In this document: positions 1 through 12,820 of the stretch, one piece after another | How the letters are laid out: every line of letters begins with the position of its first letter | Position numbering within the stretch: the stretch's first letter is position 1 | Source: Thalia democratica | Lineage: Eukaryota | Reading direction: 5' to 3' | DNA length: 64,000 nt | Assembly (NCBI GenBank): GCA_965202585.1 | Contig: OZ241828.1 | Span: forward strand, 50,654,001-50,718,000 | Notes under the pieces: generated by a model | Seen by the model: only the letters and a program-made list of their open reading frames with translations | Databases searched by the model: none | What the model was told of the DNA's origin: nothing | Made by a program: the position numbers and the translations under genes

Positions 1-3000
1 TTTGAAAAAAGTGTTAAAGAAGACATTTCTTGATTTTTGAAAAAACCAGAAATTTACAATTAACAATAAAAGTGATAGAAAAATAAAATGTGATGCTTAC
101 CTAAACTATCTTAAATTTTACACTGGTTGTTTTTGTGATAATTGTAACATTTAAAACAATTTTTAGCTAAAAACTTGAGGTCTAACTAAATTTAAAGACT
201 TGTAACTCAATCCTTAAGTTGTTTGTTTTTCAGCATTTTTTTTTTATTCTAGTGATTTATGAACTGAAACCTTTATTCCCAGAATTCAACAAGTCTCTTT
301 TTAATGTTTTCAGTCTAATTTTTCCACATTCATTTTAATATTTTCCTTATTTCTTCATCAGTTAATCCACCATTACTGCTAATCTTCTTTCAAGTCCAGC
401 TTCTGTTAACTGGTGTCCATTTATGCTTATAAAATTTCTGTCTGAAATTTATAAAGCTTTACTATATTTTAATACAAAGTGTGTTAATGCAAAAGTAATT
501 TTTTTATTAATATATACTTCACAAATATCTTAAAAGCTAACTAAAATTAAAAAAAAAGTATTAAAGCCTAGACATTTGAGACTAAAAAAAGCCCTAAGTT
601 AAATAGTAACATTTATTAGTTAACTTTTTTGTTACATATTCCTAACAAATGTAAGTTATAACAAAACTTGAAGTTAAAATATCTACAGTCAAAAACTGGG
701 AACATTACACATATACATATTTTTTGAAATAGAAATTAAAGCTAGAACTAAAACAGTTCTAATAATTTGGTTTAAACTTTATTAAAGCATGCCATTTAGT
801 TTTAACAAATAATCAGCGTGTTCACTAGTTTTAAAGAAATGTTCAAGTTTTGAAGACTACAAGTTTTTTGGCCAATTTTGAAAAGTTTTCAACTAAAATT
901 AAGGAAAAAATTCTAGGTAAACCAATAAAAAATTAGCAAAAATCTTGGGCAAACTATCAAAATCTTAAGAACAACTACATAGCTGTTAGAAAACATCTAT
1001 ATTAGCTACTGTTCATATTCTTTAAATTAATTTCAATATCAATTTACATGTTGATATACTGTACTGTTTTCATAAGAGTTATTAAGTTTACTTTTATAGA
1101 ATATAGTTTGATGTTTAAGTCTTTATGCCTGTTTGATATAAATTATAGCATATTATGAAAACTATATGCTAAGGACAATAAATCAAATAATCTGACATTT
1201 TTTTTCCATCTGAGTTTTTTTGAATTCCTTATTAAAGCTTTTATCAAATAAAAAGCATAACATCTAATTTCATTTGGTAGTTTTAGCTACCAAACTGTCA
1301 TAAAAAGTAGTTATAAATAGTTCCACAAGATTATTTGATGAACTAAAATAATAATTAATCTCCATTGTCTTAACATTCAATTTTTGTTAAGAATTCCAGG
1401 ATTTTCCAGGTAAAATGGCCATCCTGAATAATCATGGATGCTATTTAGTCAGTAAAAAAAGGATTTTAAAAATAAGTCAATAAAAATAAGGAAACTGAAT
1501 TTTTTTTTACTTTTCATTACTTTTTTATAGTAGTGAGATTGTTTTTTAACTTATAAAAATGTTCTAGGTATGTAATAAAAATCTACTTTGAGTTACTTTC
1601 TGTTGACTAAGTTACTATTACTTAGCACAAAAAAAGACTTTAAAAATGTATGAGAGATAGCCATATTTGTAAAAAGTATTCCATACATTTTATTGTCAGT
1701 ATTCTAAGAAATTTCACAACTTATTGAAATGGTTCTTTTTCTTGAGCCATACATGGTGAAATTTTAGGAAACATGCTGAAATAGTTTGTAAGCATGTAGT
1801 TTTGATTTTTTTATTTTATTTTAAATTAAAACTTTAAATAATTAGTTTGTTTTTCCAAAAGACATTTTATGAGATAATTTCCTTTAATGAAATGATTCAA
1901 GAACTAGTAACTTATTTTCTGTTAAGTTTCAAAATTAATTAGTTAATAATGAAGAAGAAAACTATATTTTTAGTTTGCACCTTACAAAGAAACCTATTGT
2001 ACCTAATAATTGTGGCTGATTTAGTTTTTTTTTACAAATTTTTCAACTTTTTCTGATTTTATTCCAGGTTTTGATTTTCTTGAAACTTCTGTTTTCAAAT
2101 TTTAATATAAAAACAAATAAAATGTAAAATATTATTTACAGTTTATTTTTAAAGAAATCTTTTAATTTCAGGATATATTGCCACCCTGCCTACTTTAAAA
2201 GCTTAAACCTATTTACTTAGCTTAATTTAACTTGAGTAATATCAAATACCTGATAGCTAAAATAAAACATAAAAAAATATAAACAGCATGGAAATACAAG
2301 TTAAATTCCCCACATTGCCTTAATATAATTAATTAAATACTGTTATAATAGTTCAAATGTATTTAATTTAAGCTAATTATAAGAAGAAGTATAGGAAAAG
2401 CTTTAAGTTTTTTTTATTTAAATAATTCAAAACTTTTACATGTCTTTCAATTTCATTGTTCTATTTTGTATCATCATTAATTTTAAAAATAGTTACTAAA
2501 ATGTTGAAAATTAAAAAAAAAAAAGTTTATATGCTTTTAAATATGTCTTATTTAAACCAACTTAAAAATATCATATTTCAACCGTATTACTTAATTACTT
2601 GGCTAATTAGAAAAAGTTATAATCTTTTAAAACTTTTAATAATATTTAGATTAAGAAGTTTACAATATTGCAACAGAAATATCAGAAAAAATTGTCTAAC
2701 ATGTAGAATAATTTCAAATTGATTTTTAATGAATATGCTTTAAAGGATTCAAAATGTGTTATAAAATTAGAATGTACTGTATATATTAAAATATAAAAAA
2801 GGTATACATTTTATTAGCAATTTTAGTATTTTATCTTATAGAATTTCTTAAAATAATTATCAGATAGAGATGGGTATACAGAATATAAATTTAAGTAAGA
2901 GTATTACATTTTTTTTTCTAAAGATTGTAGTTACTAGCTATAAACAATGACAAAACTTTAGGAAAAAGTTAAATCAAACTTTTTTTAATCACCAGTTTAT

Positions 3001-6000
3001 ATTTCAACTATTACGAAGGTAGCTTTTACATTTGAGAACCTTTTTTGGATTTTAGAAAAACTAATTAAGATGAGAAGTTTATGAATAATGATAATGAATT
3101 ATTTCGACTTTTATAATTGATATATCATGATTTACAAACTTATAGCTTGGATCTCTACATATTCTTAAATTTCTTTTAATACTTTGAGATTGTTTATAAT
3201 GATAAACTTTTTATATAAACAAATAAAAAATTGTGCCTTCTAAACTAACCACTTCTTAGTTTATGTTCAGAAAATATTTTGTTTATGTGTTCTATTATAA
3301 CTATATAATAAATTATTTGTATTACAAATTAAAGTTTTTTGTTAAAAAATATAATAGTAAATAAGCAAACTTTATTTTTTAACTTAATTTATTTAAAACA
3401 ATTTTGGTTAAACAGAAAAAATAAATTTTAAACTTTACCATATTTTGTTATAAAATTTATATTGTTATAAGACTTATTGATCAACTTTTGTTACAATCTA
3501 GTGTATTTTTTAGTAATCTCTTTATTTTTTGTAAAAAAAAAAACAATTAATCTCAATCTGAAATTTTAAGTTAGTGTTTTCAAAACCCTGATCAAACTTT
3601 TATTATAATACTAAGACCTTATGAAATTACTGTCAATCATTTTAAGAGTAATACTTATAATTTACATCTAGTTACAACACCTTAAAAATTCTAAGGTTCT
3701 AAACTCATTAGATTTTTTTGTAATCAAGTTACAGTTAGTCTTAGTATTAAAATTTTTTTTAATATTTTTTCTAATATACAGTTCAATTCAATATTTAATG
3801 TTAATCAGTGTTTGTTTAAAAGTTTTCTATACCTAAGTTTTTACGATTTTTAAATTTAATTAATTCAAGTAAATATATTTCTAAACCAGCATTCAAACAT
3901 CAATGTAATTATTTAAATGTTTTGTTTTTTAATTTTAAATGATGCTTGTAAATTTAAAATTTATGTTTTTATTTTATTAATTTTAAATATGCCAACCACT
4001 GGGTTTTAATTTTGCATTTTCAACTTTCAATAAAACCCCTACACATCAAGCCACATATTTATAAAATTTAATTATTATTGAAGGTCTTTAATATAAAAAT
4101 AAAAAAATTATAATGCAGTCATGTAAAAAATTATTAACTTGTATTTAAAGTTCTGTAAAAACTAGCTTTAATTATGATTTTATTGACAATTTACCATATT
4201 TAGTACTTATTTTGTTTTATGTTTTTAAATAATATTAAGTAAAAGAACCATTAAACATAGCTACTTTATATAAATAATTTTTTAGGCTTTACACCTAAAT
4301 CACCAGACAAATAGCTTAGTGCATCCTCATTTATTTAATTAATTAGCTTACAGAATATTCATACAGTTGGTAAATCTCTAGACATTAAAGCTTTAGGGAA
4401 AGTACCGAAACGAGTAGAACTATTTCAGGTATGAGTTCAATAATACTTTAAAAGTTTTATTTCTTATTTAATTTATTTCTACAGAGCAAAGTTTCTCAAA
4501 GTGTGCACCGAAAAACTTTGCTTTGTACTTAATTTTTAGTGACTTATAGTATTATATATGAAAGAAAAATTTATATTGCTTAGTAACTGCCTTTTTTTTT
4601 TTAATAGTCATAGACAAATACTATAAAATGTTTATAGTGCACAGTTTTGAAAATTATTGAACTCACATGCATTGAATATCTACTCTATAAATATCCAAAA
4701 CTATAAGACAGAAGTGTAATTAAGATACAGGTTGAATTCAATATTTTTAAATGGCAACTTTAGTAGTAGCAAAGTAAAGCCCATATTTTGAACAAATTTT
4801 GCCCTAAAATTTCTTTCATTTTTCAAGACATTTTGGATTTATCAGACATTTTTGATAGCTATTTTTAACAAAGTCCACAAAAACTAAGAGTGTACCTATA
4901 TCTTAATTTAAAAGATAAAAGTAGTAGGCTATTTTTTTTATGTCAACAGCTAGAGGTCTATTTTTTTGTTTTAGAGTCTTGCCTTATAAAAGCTCAATTT
5001 TTTTTATTTAAATATAATAAAATTGTGCATGTGCAAAAAGTTTAAAGTTCTTAAAAGCTTGTAAATTTTATAAAATTTTAATTGCTTTTTTTAATAGTGT
5101 AAAATTGTAATATTGTATTAATTAATAAACTAGTAATATTTTATCAAACTAACTAGTAAAAATTAGTTTTTTGTATGTTAAACAACATAACTATTCTTTT
5201 AAATTTTCAATAGAACTTTTAGCTAAAGCATATATAATAAGTTTAAAATACATATTTTTGATATGTTTTTTAAGGTTTATAAAAATAATTGTTTACTATT
5301 CAAAAAAAAACAATTCTACAAAGTGTTAAGCCCTGTAATATTTTTAACTTAAAAACCTAAACAAATAAAAAATTTTACATCAAAATTTATAATTTTAGTT
5401 AAAAATATCTCAAAGGTATATCGAGCTAAATATGGTATTTAAATAAAACACAAAAATAAAACAAAATCACTACAAAATTTTTGCTAATATGATGTAGTAT
5501 ACATTTAAATATTGTATTTTGATAGAATTTTATTACAGTATTGGTTCTTAGAGTTTAAATAATTTTTGGATTGAGCATATTTTTTCTTATTAAGTTTGAC
5601 AAATATTGTTTAAAAGTTTTACTTAAACAGTCAAAACAAGCAAAGTAAAGAAAGCATAGACATACAATATAGATGTTTTTATAAGTGAGTTTTAACTGTT
5701 AGAATTTATATTTTTTCTTGATGAAAACTTAAAACTAAATAACGCTCTTAAAATTTGACTAGAAAGCAGGCTTTTCAATAAACTAGACAAACTTTTGAAG
5801 CTATTTTTTGCAAAAGTTTCTTTGATGAAATTTAATAACAAACATTTAATGAAAAGTTTTTTTAGTTTTAAGTCGTACTTTAACTTTAAAACTATGCATT
5901 TTTAGTAGTTTAATTATCAGTATTATTACTAAAGCTTAAAAAAAATTATTGCTGATTAAAACAATTTTTTAAGCATAAATTGTTATTAGTTAACTAGAAA

Positions 6001-7017
6001 ATGTGATTACTTAAACTTTAAGTGCATTCTTTAAACGTTGATTTTTTAATTAGTTCTTAAAAAAAGGATACAATTTTGAAAAGTATATTAAAATTAGCTA
6101 TTAAGCTTTTTTTTATTGCAAATAACAGCATAGTACGTAAATTGAAATCAAAATATAAGCTACTTAAATTTTATTTTACGGGTTCTAACATTAAAAGACT
6201 CTATGCTGAAACTAATAACGAAAATAAATAGCTTTTTCTTTCGATACTTATTTACACAATAATGAGCTTTACAGATATTCAATGTTAACTTATAATCCTT
6301 TATAGATATTAAAAGATTAAACACATTTTTATAGTAAAATCAATTTACAAATTATATTTTAATACGAGTATTAATTAAAAATACTTACAAAAAAATTTCA
6401 ACTTGTTATTAATATATACGTTAATTCCATTATTGTTTTAAACAATTAAATAAAGTAAACTAATTAAATTAAGTTGTTGTTTTTCAGCTTTTTTTATTGT
6501 TTAATAAGAATACATTGTAGAAACACAGTTAGAAACAATTATAAAAAGTTTTTTAAACCTCAACATAATTTTATTTAGTTTTAAATCTTTTTAGCTTGAT
6601 TTAAAAATGTATAAGTTTAAAGTTTTAACAAAACTTATTTTTTTTACTTTCTTTAATTCAAGACAAAGCTTTTTATTTGCAGACAAAAGTCTTAACACCG
6701 TTTTAAGCATTTTTATAACGTAAAACAAGTTTTCTTATAATAGAACATTAAATTAACCAAGTCATAAGAATTTTAATTTGATTATATAATTTGTTTTATT
6801 TTAATTAGCTAAAATGTTGTTTATACAAAGATTAAAAAAAGATTTTTCAAGCAGCTGTTTGGTGTCTTTTAAGAAATTTAACAACTTAAAATTTAATTAC
6901 AGTTTTGCATTTTGATGATAGAGACTTATAATTAAACTTTTTTAAATTAAGGTAAGATTTTTAAAAATTTTATTGTAACTTAATGTACAATGTTTTCTTT
7001 TGATCAGGCGTGACTAG

Positions 7018-7283
7018 TATAAATTAAAGTACGTGCATATTGTAGCTAAGTTTTTAGCATTGTATACGTTATAGATTTTTTTGTTAACATAAAACTTTAA
7101 TTTCCTAGTGTTCTACAGAGTTTTAACTACAAAATATTTATTTCAAATACTTATTTTTTAGGAAAAAATTTCAAACTAATTATTTTTCATGTCATATCTT
7201 TAACAATAAATTTATAAATATTTTCAAGTTAAATGAATTTTAAAAGCGTAAAGCAAAGAAAAATATTTTTCCTGCAGTCAGGT
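7018..7283 (+). promoter_or_regulatory. Putative promoter and non-coding first exon of the Pim-like kinase
   Basis: TATAAA at 7018-7023 next to CpG-containing sequence. Donor-like CAG|GTAAAT at 7282 pairs with acceptor TTTTTACAG| at 7773, 25 nt before the ATG. Inferred only. Confidence 0.3.
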
Positions 7284-7798
7284 AAATAATTCAGCTAAAA
7301 AATTGTTTTTACTACTTATAGATCTGTTTTTTTTAGAAGGTAAATAACATTTGCTTGTAAATTCAATATTATCACTATTTTTATATAGTACATTTTTAAA
7401 TGATTTTAAAGCAACTTTGTTTTTTAATGTGATAATGCTTTTGATTAAAAGGTACAATCAAAAAATTTCATATTTTTCAATATTTGACAAAACTCAATTG
7501 CAACAGTCATTAAACCATTTTGTTTTTAGACTTCAATTTTATATCGTAGTTAGATTCAATAGCATCACTTATAAAGTGAAATATAAAATATTTTTAACTT
7601 TTTGTTTACTTAAAAAAATTTTAGGAATTTTTCAAACTTATTGATATACCTTATTTTGTTTCTTTTTATTCTTATGCAACTCAAGTTTAAAAAAATAATA
7701 ATAATTAACATGCTCACTAATGTCTACGAATCCTCATAGTATCTCAAATACAATGAGTTTAGTATTTTTACAGAGTATTTAATTGTATAAAGTTGTAA

Positions 7799-10728
7799 AT
7801 GTTACCGAGTAAAAACTTCAAAGATAACAGTTTCTACCTGGCAAACCCTACAGTGCAGTCTTTTACAACTAAACCACAAGAGGCAAACAACAAGATGCAG
7901 CCTACAGGTTTACAAAATATATATCAGCAACACATGAATGCACAATACAATGGGCAACCCAACCTTGCTTACAATGTGCAAGGCATGTACATACCCAGAT
8001 CTTCAAAACAGTACGTAGGAGTCCAGAACAACATTTATATCCAGCAAAATCGGAACCAACAGAACCAAAGTGGATTACATCTAGGTTACCAAAGCACAAA
8101 CAAAAATGCTAACTATACCCAAAACATGAGCAAAAACTTTCAAGGTACTCAAGGTTTACAAGATTACTACAAAGCGCAAGCTACTCCACTATTGAGTAAT
8201 ACCAACCAACAAAGATATCAAAACCAACAAATGAATGTTGCGCGTCAAATGAAACAACCAATAGACGAGCAACACATGTTTAATACATTAATGCAGAACG
8301 TTAACACGCGAAAACGTTTGATTGAAATGTACCAGGAACTGATGGAACAGCAGCACAACACAATGCAAGCTCAAAACAATGTTCAAACTGCACAATTGGT
8401 TGACATACAAAATTCGCAGAAAAACCAACTCCAAGTCCAGCAAGTATTAAATCCTCCTAATCCTAAGACTAACAATGTGGTTCCTTTCGAACAAAGCGTA
8501 GATTCAATGGGAGGAACAACATATTTTCATCTATTCTACCAGATCAAAGAAAAGATCGGTGAAGGCGGTCAAGGATCTGTATACTCGGGTAAGCAAAGGT
8601 TGTATAACATTCAGATTTACGAAAAAACATTTTATTAGTATATACTTAAACACCGTACATAATTTTTTTTTATTAATTTTTTTTTGAATATTTTAAATAA
8701 AGTTTGAAATTTATTTTTTAAATTTCTTAAAACTAAATAAAAACTTTTTTTCTCAAAAAATATACATAAAAACTAAACTTTATAAAAATTTTTTTGAAAA
8801 CGACTCTATCTTAATTGAAGTTTAAAATTTAAATAGGTGTTTGTTTATACGATTCTCAAGACATTGCGATAAAAATTATAAGTTTGGATAAAAACTCTTT
8901 ATTCATCGACTACAAGGGGAAGAATCTTCCATATGAATTAGCTATGCATCTAGCTGCTTGTGAATCTGAAAAAAACAAAAACTTGGGATCTACTGGTATG
9001 TTTTTTCTTTAATTATTTTTATAGTTGTTAGCCTTAGTATTTAATTTAAAAAGCTATTCAAAAAAATAACACAAAAGTTTTTTTAATTTATTCAATTTTT
9101 AAACTTTTTTATTAATTAACTTCTATTTAATGTTAACATACAATGCTTTTAAATTAATAAATGCGTTTCATAGTTTATTACACTAATATGTGCAATAGTA
9201 AAACTTTTAAATGTTTTGTTAACATGTATTTTTGACAACTAGTAGTTTACAACGATTGAATTGTTAATAGAATTTTTTTTAAACTAAAAATCAAATGTTT
9301 AAACACTTATAATTGAGCCTTGTATAACGTACTTAAAATTATTGGTATCTTAGGTATAATACAAATATTCGATTGGTTTATGTTTTCCAAATGTTGTGTA
9401 ATAGTAATGGAAAAACCAAAAAACTATGAAGAACTCGCAAAATATATGACTAAAAACGGATCATTATCAGAAGAATCAGCAAAAACAGTTTTTATACAGG
9501 TAGTTTTTTTTTTTATAAGTTTATAGAATTAATTACAATAAACACTTAAAAATATTTTTTGTTAACCTGATTTTGGAACTTGCCAATTAAGTAGTATACA
9601 CATGTTTAATCTTAAACATCAATACAAAAAAGTTTTTTGTACTGGACTATAACTGTTTATGTGCTAAATATAGAAGAGGATAGTGTTTTACTTAGTTTTG
9701 TATCAAAATTTTTTTCAAAAGTATTTTAAAGAATATAGAATTATTTCTTAACTCTATTTTAAGAAATTTCTTAGCTACTTTTATTAAACAGTTTTGTATT
9801 ACTTTAGTAGAAAATAAAAATTTTCACAAATACTAACGTTTTAAATAAGTCTTTATTTGTCATTGTGTTTTCGCCGTTTTATAACTTCCTAAGAAAAGTA
9901 CAAATATAATTTAATAAAAAGTAGAACTATAAGACGGTATATATTACTACAAACAGCTTTGGAATATTATGCAAAATCTCCATAACAGTTCAATAGCACA
10001 CAAAGACATAAAAGCTGAAAATATACTTTTCAACCCGGTTACCAATGAAATAAAGTTGTTCGATTTTGGCTGTGCAACTTTTAATTCGGTTAGTTTAAAT
10101 CGAAGTATTAGTATAAAAAATTCATTATCCAATGATGGTGTATGGATTGAAATAAATGTGTTACCTTTTTAAAAGTCTCCTTACTGAATAATAACAAAAT
10201 ACTATCGATAGAAACATTCTAAAAATTTTAACCTGAATAATTTTTAAGTAAAATTCATATGATTTCTAGTTACTTTACTTGGAAGAATTTTATCAAATGG
10301 CAAATTGTTTGAATTATTCGTAAAAAACCTTTCAAGTAATTCATTTGTTTCTTTCTGTTAAAAGTTTAAAACCGTTGTAACAGTTTCTACTATTTTTTTA
10401 ACAGAAAGAAATTTTAACCGTAGTATCGGGTACCGAAAACTGCTATCCCCCTGAGTTTTTCACTGGAAATATTACAACTGGGGAAGACCTGGACAGATGG
10501 TGCATTGCTCTGGTATTGTACACCATTATTGAATGTAGTATTGCGTTTAAAACTCCTCAAGAAATTGTTTTCAATGATCTACCTTTGTCAAATGGTCATT
10601 CACCGGCATATTTGGATTTGATAACCAGCTTGTTGCACAAAAATCCTCAACGTAGGCTAAATTATGAGGAATTGAGTGCTCACCCTTGGATTTTAAGTTA
10701 TGACACACTTTTGACAAAGTTTTCTTGA
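7799..10728 (+). CDS. Pim-like Ser/Thr kinase with Q/N-rich N-terminal extension, 5 exons, 516 aa
   Basis: Exons 7799-8588, 8837-8995, 9354-9499, 9957-10088 and 10405-10728 join at GT-AG sites in frame (1551 nt). Motifs: GEGGQGSVYSG, IAIK, PYE (alphaC), GIIQIFDWF, MEKP hinge (Pim ERP-like), HKDIKAEN, DFG, GTENCYPPE, HPW. Confidence 0.85.
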
Positions 10729-12737
10729 CCCTCGAAATTTAGTTTAAAAAATTTAAGCCATCAGAAAATATAAAGTTGGGTAATTATGAACGTTTTTTAA
10801 TTTTGTGCTAGTTTTTTTTATTAAGTAAATTGGATTAAATATTTTATGCTAGTTCCTTTTAGTTTTGAAAAGCAGCAATTTTATAGTTTGTACACGCTAA
10901 CTTTTTAAAGATTAAATTGCCTTTTTGTAGATCTTTAAAACCTTTTGATTACTCTTAAAAGCCTTTAACTACGTGTTTTACACGCATTTGTAAAAACTTA
11001 AAATATCGTTTGTTACTGAGTTTAAACTGGTAAAGTATAAAATTTGAACTTATAAATTTTTCTGCAGTCTAGTTGTGTTTAAAGGCTTTTCATGTAGTTT
11101 TTATTAAAATTTTCAATAGTTAATTCTCTTGTCGATAAAATACGAATAAGCATCTATTTGAAAACTTTTAAAATAAAGTACGAGTACATTAAAAAAAAAA
11201 AAAAGAAACAGGGTTGTCACTTAGGCCATTTTAAAATAGTAACAAAACTCCGGCTGTTTGAAATCAACTTTTACAAATGAATTTCATTATGTGGTGATCA
11301 CCATTTTGATTTTATTTATGAATAGAGCGTTTTTAAGTTTAGCCCATAAACTCTAGCTAATTATATTTAAACTACTATTCCAGCTAGTTTTTGGTGACTT
11401 TATATGTTTTTAAAGACTAAGCCCTCTAAATCACCGATTCTTAACCTTAACTAAATTTACCCCTGTGGATAAAATTCCTTGTTTTAAGGGGTAAATTTTC
11501 TTTAGTACAAGTTTTGTAAATGAAGGTTTATTTATTACTTTTTTAATTTATAAGTTAGTAATTAACTGTATTTTTTTTTTGAGTTAGATAACTCTTTATA
11601 TTTTACGATTTACTATATTTAATAAGCTTAAAGTTAAAAAAATAGTTTTTTTTTTCCTCAAAATTACATACTACTTCGTATATTGTGGGTAAATTTGGTA
11701 ATAGGCTTCCAAAAAGGGTAAACATGAAAAAATATTAAGAACCGCTGTTGTAAATAATGATTTTATTTTAGTTTCAAAAAGCTTGTAGCATTTAGGAAGT
11801 ATGGTTTTATTTTTACTTTCAGCAGTTAGTTGCACTTGTTTAATGTCTTGAAATAAGAACAAATTGATTATTTTGTTTTTAAACTTTTAATTTGTCAAAA
11901 TAGATATCTGCTTATAAGATAAGCAGGCAAGAAATAGTTTTTCTTAGTTTGAAGATCTTTTCGATAATAAAAAACTTGTAGAGCTTTACTTCTGGTTTAT
12001 ATCTACTTATGACTAAGACTAATTATCACTAATTATACTAGCTCACTAGACATGTATACATAAAGTGTAAAACTTCAATTACGTTTAATTTCTGCTTTAG
12101 TATTGAACTGTAACGTAGAAACACAAATTTGTGTCAAATTGTTTAAAATAATTAAGCATTTTTAATAACTCTGATAGACTAGTAAGAAAAATATAATAAA
12201 AACTAACTACTTCTATTATTTAAGAAATTTGTGTATATTTTTCATTATTTGTTTTAAAAGTTAATTTTTTTTTTAAGTATAAATAAAAACTGAAAAAAAA
12301 AGTTCAAAAAAGTAAATAACCAGTTATTCAACATATAGTCAGTACTAAAGCACATTACTAACTTTACAGTTTTATTACATAGCCTTTAAAACGGTCCGTT
12401 TACATTATTATAAACTTACTTTTTAAAATAAAGAATGTAGCAACAATCGTAAACAAAATGTATCCTACTATTTTTGAGTACGAAATAGTACTTAAAAAGT
12501 ATTTTCATAAAGTGTAACATTTAAAGAAAAATGTTGTGGTTAAATAAGTAAAACCTTTAGTTGGTAAAAATAATAATTTACATTCTGAAAGTTTTTGATT
12601 GACGTCAGTACTATTTATAAAAATATCGGATCTACGTTCTTTAAATAATAAACAAAAAGTATTAATAATAAGTTTGAAACCTAACATGATCTTAGTAAAA
12701 CACTACTTTTAGTGCATATTTATTTTTGTTTATTAAA

Positions 12738-12807
12738 CGACAAAAAAAAGCGCTCAAAATATTTGGTCCTATGACCTGGTGCACGAGGAACCTTTCGGTT
12801 ATTGAGC
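12738..12807 (-). repeat. Short structured interspersed repeat (SINE-tail-like); other copies at ~29931-30040, ~37607-37676, ~58255-58300, ~60841-60900, ~61078-61110
   Basis: Shared core GATAACCGAAAGGTTCCTCGTGCACCAGGTCCTAGGACCAAATATTTTGAGCGCTTTTTT, found in both orientations in the window. Confidence 0.65.
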
Positions 12808-12820
12808 ATATCACTAAGGG

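Noticed and set aside
250-441. Alternative genetic code or stop readthrough to explain in-frame stops
   Set aside because: All three stop types occur, and every well-supported gene in the window reads normally in the standard code.
1381-2190. CAGGGTGGCAA/CAGGATGGCCA-type element ends (also 43141-43310)
   Set aside because: Probably remnants of a DNA-transposon family, but the ends are unpaired and no TSD was found, so boundaries cannot be supported.
2456-2722. Short AT-rich ORFs (also 7351-7644, 19556-19750, 58256-58537, 59960-60151 and similar)
   Set aside because: K/I/L/F/N-biased translations typical of random AT-rich DNA, with no motifs or convincing splice context.
11453-11498. Small inverted repeat AAATTTACCCC/GGGGTAAATTT (also ~36324-36366)
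   Set aside because: Too short and isolated to assign; its presence in both copies is explained by the duplication.
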